A stretch of 62,207 bases of DNA, the filler included, from Hausera hauseri (Eukaryota): NCBI GenBank assembly GCA_046269625.1. It is 8 parts of 8 records of this genome, joined end to end, with 100 filler letters (N's around TTAATTAATTAA, not from the genome) between each part and the next. Parts side by side here need not be neighbours in the genome. Positions count along the whole stretch, not along the records: positions 18,555 to 28,775 come from JBJURY010221074.1; positions 28,876 to 33,077 come from JBJURY010703660.1; positions 33,178 to 39,139 come from JBJURY010162087.1; 5 more parts are not named here. One strand, 5' to 3'. Below, in pieces: positions 25,601-36,747 of this stretch; the stretch's first letter is position 1, and each line of letters starts with the position of its first letter. Below the pieces are notes generated by a model. It worked only from the letters and a program-made list of their open reading frames with translations, did not search any database and was not told the DNA's origin. The translations under genes were made by a program, and so were the position numbers.

Positions 25601-26268
25601 TTCTTCGAGGTGTCCAAATTTGGATTCCACGGCTGTTCGCTTGATAGGGTCAAACTCCCTTCGGGGTTGCCGAATCGGCCGGTTACATAATGTGACGAGA
25701 AAGTGTGATGTTTTCACCTCTTCTTGTGTTGGTTGTGCTGAGCGTTTCAACATGTTAGGTTATTGCGCTTGCAGAAATGGAGCGATGTCAATGAGATTTG
25801 CGATTTTGATGCCCGTGACAGCGTTTATAGTCAGTGAGAATGAGGATGGAGTTAATATATCGCCCCCACTGGTGAGTTGTTGATTTTGGCAATCAACTGT
25901 GAGATCGTAGTTATCTAGGAAGTCGGAACCAAGGATCGGTTGCATGACATTAGCAAATATGAATGTCCAAGCGTATGGTCGGCCTTGTATGTGAAATTGT
26001 AGGTACAATGTACCTGTGGTTGCTATGGGCGTGCCATTGGCAACTATGAGCAATGCATGCAAGACCAGAGTAGGTCTAGCGTATGCGCTAGGTATCAGCG
26101 ATAAAGCTGCACCAGTGTCGATTAAAAAATCGAGTTGTTTCGAGATGTCAGAGTTTAGTGGCTCCGCCTCGACAGTGAAAATAGCGTCGACAATGCGTTC
26201 GCTCTTTGTGTACGGCAGTTGTGGTGATTGGGTTTCCAGTCAATGTGCCGTTGGTCGTCTAGGCCCAT

Positions 26269-27184
26269 TTAGTTTTTTTATGTCTTGTGAAATTTGCAGC
26301 CGGGTCGACAGATTTTTGCATCTGGACCGAAATGATTGTGATAAATGCAAGTGTTTTGCATTTTTATACTTGCGGATGGCTTTTTGAATTGACAGCCATG
26401 GCAACATTTATAGGCGGATTCGCCGAATCGCCTATGGAAATGGCAAAATTTGGATATTTTGCCTTTTTTTCTCTTAGGGGATTGGCGCCGAGATGACGGT
26501 TTGTCCCTGGCTGGCAGATTATTGTGCGTTACAAGTGCATGCAGTGCGGCAATAATGGTGTTCAGCTGATTTTTCTGGGTCGCCGTGACAAAGTGGATGT
26601 TTTCGGTTGGTGCGGATTCTACGGTGTTTTTAGTGCACTCGTATATTTTGTCGGCTTTTGATGCCATATCGTCCAAAGTGGTATCGGGCGGTAATACCAC
26701 AAGTGCCGTTTGAATTTGGTTTAGGCAAGCTACTCAGGAAGTAGCGCCGTAGTATGTCCTGGTTGCTGTGGAGGTCCAATTCAGAATTGCTCAAATCTGA
26801 GCGTAACTTTTGAAGCAGAGCAGAAGGTTTCATATTCCCTGTCTGTCGCTTGGTGAAAACCAGACTGAACTGGTCTTGTTGGGATGGCAGGTATGCTTTG
26901 CATATTGCTGCTTTGATTTTGTCAAACGGCTTTTCATTTGACAGTAACGTGTCCAGATCCGTTATTGTTGCGAGCGTTGTTGGCTGCAGGTACTGTATTA
27001 GTGTTAACGCCTTGTTTAGTTGGCCGGTGATGCTGTATTGAGTATCCCATGTTTCAAACACATAGAATCACTTTAGTGGAGTTCCGTCCAAATCTATGAA
27101 TAAGGTGAGACATTCTAATTTGGGAGGTTTGGCCGGTGCTGATGATGCAGTTCCGGCTTTTTTGTCGGGCGTGTAAGTGTAGAC
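26269..27184 (-). pseudogene. gag: Gag of copy 3
   Basis: ECLTLFID...MKPSALLQKL...YFLSSLP...ASKADKI; CHFHRRFGESAYKCCHGC and CIYHNHFGPDAKICRPGC. Confidence 0.87.
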
Positions 27185-27398
27185 ACCTCCTTTTAGTCTG
27201 GGAGTGGCGAGTAGTGCCGCGTTGTTTGTAAGGAAATTATCCGAAATTGGACTATCACATAGACGCAAAATTTTCTCGTTGTGAAAAAATGTGGTACGGA
27301 TATGAAATGGCGAGCTGTTGTAGCATTGCCTTAATAAACATGTGTGTCAAGAAACGATACGCTTTCATGTTGCGTAATCCGCGTATGAAAAATGGCAT
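27185..27398 (-). pseudogene. Ubiquitin-like domain ending RLKGG, in frame with the Gag of copy 3
   Basis: MPFFIRGLRNMKAYRFLTHMFIKAMLQQLAISYP, one frameshift, TTFFHNEKILRLCDSPISDNFLTNNAALLATPRLKGG|VYTY; about 71 codons. Confidence 0.78.
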
Positions 27399-28432
27399 CA
27401 CTTGCGGTTTTGTTGTATCATCGGAATTGTGTGCCGATTTGACTGTGTTGGCGCATGAAACTTAGATTCGATATTTAGGCTTAGACTTTTGTTAAGTACC
27501 ACTCGTTGTGATTGCCTGAATAATAGCCGCGCTGAAGATATTGTCAGCGGGTGTTGTGTGATCACATTTGGTGATATGAATGAGTGTGCCGGATTGTTTT
27601 CGCCGGCATTACTCTGAATTTTAGCCTGACTGTTGCCATCTAATATGTGCGGTGTTTCAGCCGGATTGTTTTCAATGGCTGAGTTTATCGAAATGTACAA
27701 ACCAGTATGTACGGTTCTGTGCGAAAGGGACGTGTGTGCGGTATTCGTTGCCACCATTTTAGGAGTTTTTGCCTTATTGAAGGCCTTAGTATTGACCCAC
27801 AACATGGTGGCGGCAAAACAATAAACAAAAGCGGACACGAAACGATGAAGGAAGAAAGCTGAGTAATGGACACAATGTTTATTGTTATCAACATCACCAC
27901 CTGCCGAATCCATCGAAGCGTATGAAACGTCCGTCCAGGACAGCGCTGGGTTACTTTGGAGATTTCGACGTGCGCAGGTCGCAGCATCGTCCGAGCTTGA
28001 GTCAGGCAGCATGGGTTTTCTTGGTGACGGGTCCAAACGGCGTTTGCGACGTAGTTTTGGCGAATCGTCGGGGCTCGAAGTCCCTACATGCAGCTGTTCG
28101 TAATTTCGACGTATTGGGATTAACAGGCTCTCCGAGGGAGCCACGAATTCGTAAAGGCGGTCGGTTGCCGCCATCAGTCTCTCGAATACTGGCAGGAAAA
28201 CGGACGAGTCGAAGAGACGTCGATTTTCCCCGTCCTCGTAGAACCGATAAAGCGTTCCAACAGGTAGAGAGTAAGGGTCGTCTCGCTCCAGCCCGACTAA
28301 GTGTCGTATGAAGCGGCTCTGTGCAGCAGCTCCCGTATCGTCAGAAAGTCCGAGTAGGACCGGTATGGGACTCGTTTGTCGGTGTTGCGACGTCTTTTTC
28401 CACGGGAGGCGGCGTCTCGCCGGGTTGGGCAT
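27398..28432 (-). CDS. 344-aa ORF of unknown function upstream of UBL-Gag (probably composite)
   Basis: Long open frame with basic KLRRKRR, a hydrophobic stretch and a repeated ENNPA; no recognisable domain. Confidence 0.3.
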   Translation of the reverse strand: MPNPARRRLPWKKTSQHRQTSPIPVLLGLSDDTGAAAQSRFIRHLVGLERDDPYSLPVGTLYRFYEDGENRRLFDSSVFLPVFERLMAATDRLYEFVAPSESLLIPIRRNYEQLHVGTSSPDDSPKLRRKRRLDPSPRKPMLPDSSSDDAATCARRNLQSNPALSWTDVSYASMDSAGGDVDNNKHCVHYSAFFLHRFVSAFVYCFAATMLWVNTKAFNKAKTPKMVATNTAHTSLSHRTVHTGLYISINSAIENNPAETPHILDGNSQAKIQSNAGENNPAHSFISPNVITQHPLTISSARLLFRQSQRVVLNKSLSLNIESKFHAPTQSNRHTIPMIQQNRK

Positions 28433-28775
28433 GGCTGCTCTGAATTAACGGTTGAGCTCGGACTGTTATTTGGGCTCTGTGTTTCCATCGGTTTGGGTTG
28501 TGACCGTTTGGGGATCCGGTACCCTGACGTCAAGTTAACGACTTCATTGATTTCTGGTTTGGAGGTAATTGATGTGTCCGGTTTCCGTGTAATAGGTTCG
28601 CCGATTTTTGGCTTGGCGATAGGCGTCGCAGAAATGATTGATTTCTCCGTCATCCGGCTCTTTCCAACTGAATTCGATTTTTAGGACATCATGTATGAAC
28701 GCTTTTGAATAATTCTGTCTTTTCTTAAACTGTAGATTCAAACAAACGAGTTTAAATCCACAGATTATTTTATTT

Positions 28776-28875
28776 NNNNNNNNNNNNNNNNNNNNNNNNN
28801 NNNNNNNNNNNNNNNNNNNTTAATTAATTAANNNNNNNNNNNNNNNNNNNNNNNNNNNNNNNNNNNNNNNNNNNN
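28776..28875. other. Artificial contig spacer
   Basis: Same linker. Confidence 0.97.
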
Positions 28876-30260
28876 TAAGTCTTGTAAATCTTTTAAATGC
28901 TGTTGGAAATTTGGTGATGCTATTATTACGTCATCGATATATACCATCGCGTGCGGAGCGTCTAACAGTAGTTCTGTCCTCCTCTGGAATGTTTGCGGCC
29001 CATTCTTCAATCCAAATGGCATTCTGTTAAACTCCCATAATCATTCACCGATTGAGAATTTTGTCATGTGTGTCTTCTTCTTTCACTTGTACTTGCCATA
29101 AGTCCTTTTCTAGATCGATAGTCGTAAGTATTGTCGATCCGTGTAACTTGTCTAGTATTTCGTCAGTTCTTGGTAACGGATATGTATCGTTCAGTGCTCT
29201 ATAATCTGTACAAAATCTCCGTCCCATCTTTTTTTTGACCATTACTACTGGAGCTCTCAATGAGGAGAAACTTGGTCGAATTATCTTGTTTTCTCTCATT
29301 TCTTTTATTATTTTTCGCACTTCCTGCTTTTTATCATACGTTAGTCAATATGGCCTTTTCTTTATTGGCTTATCTTGACCCTTCTTTAATTTAATGGTGT
29401 GTTGTATTATATTCATTGTACTCAAATCATAAACAATTTGTGCAAATCGACAGTTATTTCTCTCTAACAGTTCGATTAACATCTTCTTCTGTTCCTTAGT
29501 CAGAATCTCGCATTTCTGTAATTTCTCCTCCCAATTGATATTGGTTGTTTTGATTCATCCTCTGACTCTGTTTCCTTCTTTAGTTTCTATGCCATTATTT
29601 TTTCTATTTTGTCTACCTCTGAAATTACCGAGTTAGTTTCTCCTTTTATTGTTTTTTCAATAATCATTGCTTTTTCCTATCTGGTATATTTTCGTAATTT
29701 TTTTCTTTGTTTGCGGCGTTACAAATTTTTAAGTGGATTTTTCAATCCCTTACTTCGACTACATGAGGGGCGACAAGAACTTCGTATTTCTACATAACTT
29801 GTGGAAATGGTTCAAAATGTATAACCTCGATTAGTAGTTTATTGTCTATTTTCGGGGAACCACGATTTCAGAACGTGGTGGGATTATGATATCTTTTATT
29901 AATGAGACCGTTACTTCATTTTTATCTTCATCAAATGTCTTGAGTTGGCCTGTTCTTACATTTATGTAGTTATTTTCTAATTGGTTGAATATATCACATC
30001 CGATTAAGATTTCATTGGTTAAATTCTCTGCTATCCTTATGGTGTGCTTTAAAGTTTGGTCACCGATTTTAATCTCAGCATCCAGGTCCATCTTGATTTC
30101 TTCTTCCGTACCGAATGCTCCGACGTTTGCCAGCGTGGTTGCTGGTTCCCTTAATTTTTCTTTAATTCTTTTGGTAGTTGGCTCTTTCCCATTATTGTGG
30201 TCGTGGATCCTGTATCCAATAAAGCCATCAACGAATATCTATTTACCTTTATTTCTACCT
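28876..30260 (-). mobile_element. pol: Gypsy protease plus reverse transcriptase (different family), cut at the contig edge
   Basis: ALLDTGS; ILIGCDI; RFCTDYRALN, YPLP, MPFGLKN, YIDD. Confidence 0.9.
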
Positions 30261-30559
30261 CCGGTCTTATGGGTGACTGGCGTGCGTTTTTATCGTGTGT
30301 TTTATATGTAGGTTCACTCTCGTAAGGTGTTGGATTTTCGTCAAGACACTGTTTCATATACTGTACTTGTTGCGTGTGATACAGTCCTACATATCGAGGA
30401 GCAGAAAGGTTCACTGAAAACTGTTTGTTATATAACTGTCCGTGGTATTTATCTATAGGATTTAATTGAGGTAAGTCAGCTACAAATCTTTGTCTGTACT
30501 TAGGTTGTCGTAACTTCAGTGCTAACTGCTTAATTTTAGATATTTGGTCACCCCATAGT

Positions 30560-32502
30560 TTCCTATTTAATTTATCGTATTTGCTGTTTTTATCATTTAG
30601 CGCAATATACGGCGAATCTCTGTCGTCTTTCTTCTGTAGTACCTTCTTGTTCCATTGAACATCGTGATTTGCAAGGAAGCAAATTGCTACTGCGGGTATT
30701 ACCGCTATCAGAATTTTCCATGAGCAACTTACTGCTGCATGTATTCCATATGCCTTACCAAGCGCAGTGAATACTGTCCGCAAAGCGTTAATAATAAAAT
30801 ATATCGCTAGGAAACCAGAAGCTGCTTGGCCGAAGTATAAGGACTTTCCCCACATTTTCTCCATAATACTCCGTGTTACTTTCTTTAAATAATTTTTGCC
30901 CATTAAATTTCCCCATTGTGGTGATCCTTCACCATCCCACATTACTCTCCTGGTCAATTCTGTTATAACTCTCTGCCTCTGCTGGGGAAACAGCAACATT
31001 CGTTGATAATCTTCTAGATTCTGTTGCGTATAAATTCCTTCTTGGGATATTCCTGTTAACGTTTCAAACCTCTGATTCCTTTGCAAATTGATCAAGCTTA
31101 ATGTCTCTGGTTTAGCTACTGTTTCTCTTTTTTGGCATTCTGGTTCATTTATCATTATTTATTTTAAACATTGGTAACATATTGAAAGTACAATTGTATA
31201 ACGGGGTGGGCTTCCTATTAACATCTAACAGTATTCTTGTCACCGGCATTACGTATCTTGGTTCTGCATGATAAACTACGGGCAATTCCGTTGTGCATTC
31301 CGCCGTGGACCTAATTGATACTTCTACCTTTTTACACTCTATGGTTATTAGTACCTCGCCCATCACTCTTCCAATTATTCCGTCACCGAAGGGCATCACT
31401 GGCGCTACCATATCCGGATTTGTTATTACCAGGGCCATTTTATTTCGTATTATTTCATAATTTGGCTTACATTCATTCATTACTATTTCTCGGTATAATC
31501 ATCTTATCTCTTTCCTTACATAGTTGATTAAGAAGTCGATCCTGTTATCAAAGTATTGTGTTAATTTTATATTCTTTTTATCTATTTTTGTCCTTGCGCC
31601 CGGTATTTCTTTTGTTGACAAGAAAATACTATTATAATTAGTTCTAGATATTTCTTCGTTACATTTATTTACCGCTCGAGTGATTTTAAATTGCATCATT
31701 TCCTCCGGGTTTTCCGAGTAAACAGTTGTAGCTACTTCCGTCATCTTAACTTCCTTCGTTACTTCTTTATACGTCGCCATTTCCTTCTCAGCCGTTTTTC
31801 CTACTGTCTTGTTAAATTTTCCTTCTTTCAACAGCATTAACTGACACTTGCAGATATTTCCGATGTCATTTTTGTCTCTCCGGTGTCACATTCGCCATTA
31901 TCATATTCACACTCACTCATGGTTGTCATTAATTTTGTTTGTGAGTCAAACAGTGCTTCGTATTCTTTCAATTGAACCTAGTAGTCCTCGATGGCTACCG
32001 TTCTGGGGACGATGGTGCCTCCCACATCAGTTTACTCCAACATATGTTCCTTCCATTGTCTTGTCAATTATCCCTGCCCTAAAGATTCTAGTGTACTTTA
32101 TTCTATACCAAACTGCAGGTATGTGTGAATTTTGAATGGTTATTATGCAGATCTTAAAAGCGTCCTGACACTCTGCTCATGACATTATTATTGGTTCAAA
32201 GGTGTTGTGGGCTCAATTATGGCCGAATTTCCGGAATAATAAGCGCAGTTAAAAAGCAAAAATGATTTCTTTACATAACATTTCCTAACTTTCACCTTTA
32301 TAAATTCGGATTCTTGATAAACCCAATACGTGAGGCCACTTGTCGTTGTTAGCTGTTTTGGGTCGGCTTTTGGACACTTCTGTAAATCAACTAGAGAATA
32401 CTTTTGTCCTTCGCTAGGTTGCGCACAATCATAGGCCACTGTGCTTACGGCTTTTGGCATTAATAATGACGTTATTAAAAGGATCTGAAAGATCACCATC
32501 AT
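30560..32502 (-). pseudogene. env: Chuvirus-like (class III type) envelope glycoprotein with internal signal peptide and C-terminal TM segments
   Basis: MMVIFQILLITSLLMPKAVST|VAYDC; GEVLITIECKKVEV.IR...CTTELPV...P.TRIL; GIYTQ..LEDY..MLLFP; hydrophobic FGQAASGFLAIYFII. Confidence 0.78.
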
Positions 32503-33077
32503 GGAAATACCGGTTATACCATGTCTACAAGTGTTTGGTGGCGGCAAGATGGGCGTGTCGATCAGTCTTCCTCGTTCTTCCGGCCTTGTTATAATGGTCA
32601 TTAGACTGGTCAACAATCCGAGTCTACATTGGACTGAATTTCCTAACTTATCCTTCAGAATTTTGACGGCTGACTTTATATTTTGTTCAATTTCTTCTAA
32701 GCTTTGAGTCTGATGGTTAATTACTATTATTTTATATAATAGGTAAGACATAGCAGTTTGTGCTTTCTCCCATGTGATCCCTGTTGTGAACATCTTTTCT
32801 AAAATATCTAATTCGTGTAATTTGTTCACTCGTACTTCATCGAGATTCTCATATAATTGCCTACTTATTCGCAACATATTATTACGTAAAATTTGAAATA
32901 GTTCATCTGAAATTATTAGTCGCATATTAAAGGAAGCGAATGATATGTGTAACTTAGCCAGTAGAGTTCTTAATAATGGGTCTATATCCACCCATTCTGG
33001 TATACCGTTTGTTTCTGCCAATAACCGACGTCTCACTATTTCCTCATTTCTATCTTTCCTATTACGGATGTCGCTTA

Positions 33078-33177
33078 NNNNNNNNNNNNNNNNNNNNNNN
33101 NNNNNNNNNNNNNNNNNNNNNTTAATTAATTAANNNNNNNNNNNNNNNNNNNNNNNNNNNNNNNNNNNNNNNNNNNN
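33078..33177. other. Artificial contig spacer
   Basis: Same linker. Confidence 0.97.
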
Positions 33178-35093
33178 ACATCCTACTACTCACAATACCT
33201 TTCCATGTACTTGTTACATACTTACCTTGGCGTATCTATGCACAACTGGGCATATCTCACCTCTAATCCCGCGATGAAGTAATAAGATCATGACATAGAC
33301 CTTCAGAATTTCTAATTTTATACCTTTATACCTAAGCGTGATTTGCAGTTGTAACGTCTTTAAAACTCTGAAACGTCAGTTAATAGAAAAACATCTGTTG
33401 TTAAACATAAAACCGCATAATCACTCAAGTTTGTGCATTCAAAAGAGCCCATAGGTTTTGTGTATATTGGCAATCTTCGTCGGAAATGTATGAATCATTA
33501 AACTTGTTATAGAAAAAATATTTTTCTGATAATCTTGATTCTTCCAACTTCTTCCATCCGGTAATGTGATCGTATGGAAAGACTCGATTTACTATATTAA
33601 ACTTTGAATATCAAAAGTATTTTCGTGTCTGGTTAAAACCAACAAGAGAAACATTTCTTAGAGATTAATACAAGCTAGCACTCATCAATTTCAAAATATA
33701 AAAATGTTAGCTGAATCTTTCTCACATATTTCGTGAATGTAATGTAATTTTCTTCAGTGTTGGATGACAGTGATTCTACCAGTTGATTTTTCGAGCTCCT
33801 TACTTATAAAATGTGAGTCGCAACCAGATAAATTGTGAAATATCACTGAAATAAATTTCACTGTTCTACACCATATTTTCCAGCTGCTTCATAAATTCGG
33901 CTGATGCATTCGGTCCACGATATACGGGAGGTTGATTGCTGTAACCTTTTGCATACATTGATAATGACATAAGCTCGTGTTTTTTTTGTGTGCTTGAGTG
34001 GTCATCTGAAGGAGTACATCAATAAACACGACTGATAATTGATTCTAAGTCGAAATACACTTGGTACGGAACTTTTTAACAACCTTTCATATTCATTAAA
34101 TTCGATATGTTGATTTTCGGGGAACTCTGGTCACTGTTTGTCACTGAAATACTATGTGCTCTGCTAATTTTTCTTTTGCAGTTTCACCATGATGGCTATG
34201 AAAATGTGTGAAACATTTTTTGCATATCTTTTCACTATCATGATGTTTAGATATTTGGGATCTAACAAGCCGTTCAAAGTTCTTGATAAATGAATAATGT
34301 TTCCTGTCTCCTTCTGATAGGAATGAATGGTCACAGTGGTGTTCTAATTTCACATTGCACACTTTTCCCTGATATAGTCTTTTACCATCATCGATACCGT
34401 ATATATTGATCTCAAATTTTTTGATATCATGCATACTTGGTGGAAAGACAATGTATGAAAAGTTATATATGTTTTCTAAATTTTCATATTTACTAGGGCG
34501 TAGTGCATTTTTCACAAGAAAATTTGATAAAACAGAATACTGAAAGCGTTTCTGATCATTATTTGGAACATTGGAAACATGGCGTTCTTGCTTCAATCCA
34601 ACTAGGGAGTTTTATGAATGAGGAACCACCCGTTAGTGAATATTTGTGAACACGAAGATTTAATCCACTGACTTGATTTAATGTCCATCCATCTGCCTCG
34701 GTATTTATTCTCTAAAATGCATCATCAAGAAAAGTACTTACATTTGTATCGGATAAGATGGCTTTGTTTGGTGTGTTAAATGCTATTTTCGTTGCTTCTC
34801 CATGAACATTTTCATATTATGCTTCTAGAACCACACAGGGATTTTTCGTTTTTTCCATTGATATGAAAGCTTTGTATCTTCTTATTGAAAGCCTGTTTGT
34901 GTGCTAATAGGATTTTTTGTTTCCTATCATTAGCCAATGTGCTTTTAGTAATTTTTCGTTTATGGATCTTTCTAGAATTACTTGATACTCTTTTGATAAC
35001 GATATTGTTCGGAACTTTGGTTAGAACTACATCACCTAGAACCATGTTAATTGATGTATTGTTATTTTGTACCCGATTAAGAATAGATATCAA
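33178..35093 (-). mobile_element. Polinton/Maverick pPolB relic (N-terminal and exonuclease regions)
   Basis: NNDQKRFQY...KKFEINIYG...HYSFIKNFERLVRSQ...CKKC; VYFDLES; YRGPNA; FHNLSGCDSHF; FPYD. Confidence 0.82.
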
Positions 35094-35450
35094 TAACTTT
35101 TTTTCTTAATTAAAGAGATTTATATGGCCTTTGTGCGCGTTATAGAAATCTTCATATTGGATAATTTCAGCTGTTTGACACTGATGACACACATCATACA
35201 TTTTTCCTTCAAACTTAGCTTCATGATATTTTGACATAACTGTATGACAGTTATTATGTTCACCAGCAGTACAGTATTGTTTGTATAACTGATAATAAAA
35301 ACAAAAGTACAATAGAGGCAAATGCAAAATTTTCACAACTAAAAACTCATTTTGTTAATAGCCAGTAAACCATAAAATACAAGTGTTATGCATCAAATGA
35401 AAGGTAATTAATCCTGCATCAACAATTTCAAGAAAAGAAAATCAAAATTC

Positions 35451-36458
35451 TCATACTCGCAAAAACATCCGTACTCGACGGTTAACACTCGCCATTAAGT
35501 TTTGCACAAGCCTTTCATCGAAATTTTCAGAGGCTTTATACCATCGTTTTGTGAAACTCTTTAGGTTTTCTGCTTCTACTTTAGTCTTCTTCATTTCTCT
35601 TAACCATTGCCCAATACTTTTCGATTGGTCGAAATTCTGGACAATTTGGCGGATTTGCCTATTTTCGCACCAAATTGATTTTGTTTGACTCAAACCAATC
35701 GAAAGCAATCTTGGAGTAATGGGATGAGGCAAAATCCGGCTAAAACACTGGTGTACCTTTATGCGCTTTGACGAAAGGTAAAAGTCTTGCTTTCATGCAG
35801 CAATCGATGTACATTTTCTAATTTTCTGTTCCAGTAGTAATGAATGATGCGCTACGCTTTCCACAAGTACAAATGGCTTACCAAACCAGAAACTTCCTCG
35901 GGAATTTAGTATGATTTTAGTATTTAAACTTAGCGTCTACAACTCCTTTTGCTTCTGTGTTATAGTATTGGTGTCCTGGAAGTTGCCCAAAGCTTGCTTT
36001 GAAATAAGTTTCATCATGATTATTAAACAACGGTTTCTCTTGCTTAAATAATCATCATAAAGCTTTCATGCCATTCTACGCATATGGAGAATCTTTTCTT
36101 CATCACGATCTGGCATTTTTTGAACTTTAAAAGATTTAATTCCATTCTTTTGATGCGTCGTTTCATGTTTTTTTGCTAAACCTCTCTCTGAAGTACTTTG
36201 GTTTTTGTTAATTAGTTGTAACACACGTTTTTCCTTCTCCTGGGCAAATCCAGCATTATGACTGCCACTGCTTTGCTTTCGTTCAATTGTTAAGGTATTT
36301 TTATAACGTAAAATAACTTTTCTGGTCGTATTTAGGCTTTCTTTAACATCCCTTAGAATGCCGGAATATGAGAGAAAGGGATTCTCAACAAATATGTGCA
36401 AAATTTTTTTAAAAACAAAATGAGAATAGTTGAATTTATTTAGAATCAGCTGATTCAT
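35451..36458 (-). mobile_element. Tc1/mariner superfamily DD37E-like transposase pseudogene
   Basis: DDETYFKASFGQLPGHQYY; KFPRKFLVW*AICTCGK; ASSHY; NPPNCP..RPIEK.W. Confidence 0.75.
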
Positions 36459-36747
36459 ATTTATCTGATTGTACCGTTACTTATTTCATTTTCATATAGT
36501 TTGTTCAAAAAATAATAAATTCGTCGTTGGAAAATGTACAGGAGGAAAGAGTGTTCAGAATTCCAGAAAATGCAGTACAAGAATATGATGTTCGAAGAAG
36601 GAAGCATGGATCACAAATAACATAGTTGTTAGTGATATTTTTTATCATTTATTTTAAGGAAAGATTTCATCAGTCCAAAATATTCCGTGTTTAATTTTTA
36701 ATTTATAGACGTATATGTGTAAAGAATTAGAATCAAACTCAATGTAC

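Larger units (their letters stand above)
23100..27400 (-). mobile_element. Gypsy LTR retrotransposon copy 3: UBL-Gag-(AAAAAAC)-PR-RT-RH-IN-GPY/F, decayed
   Basis: FLIDTGA, ILGSDFL, MPFGL, YIDD, TTDAS, TDPKP, HHPE..CSLCQK, TDQG, YTGPYKL; two CHCC knuckles. Confidence 0.94.
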
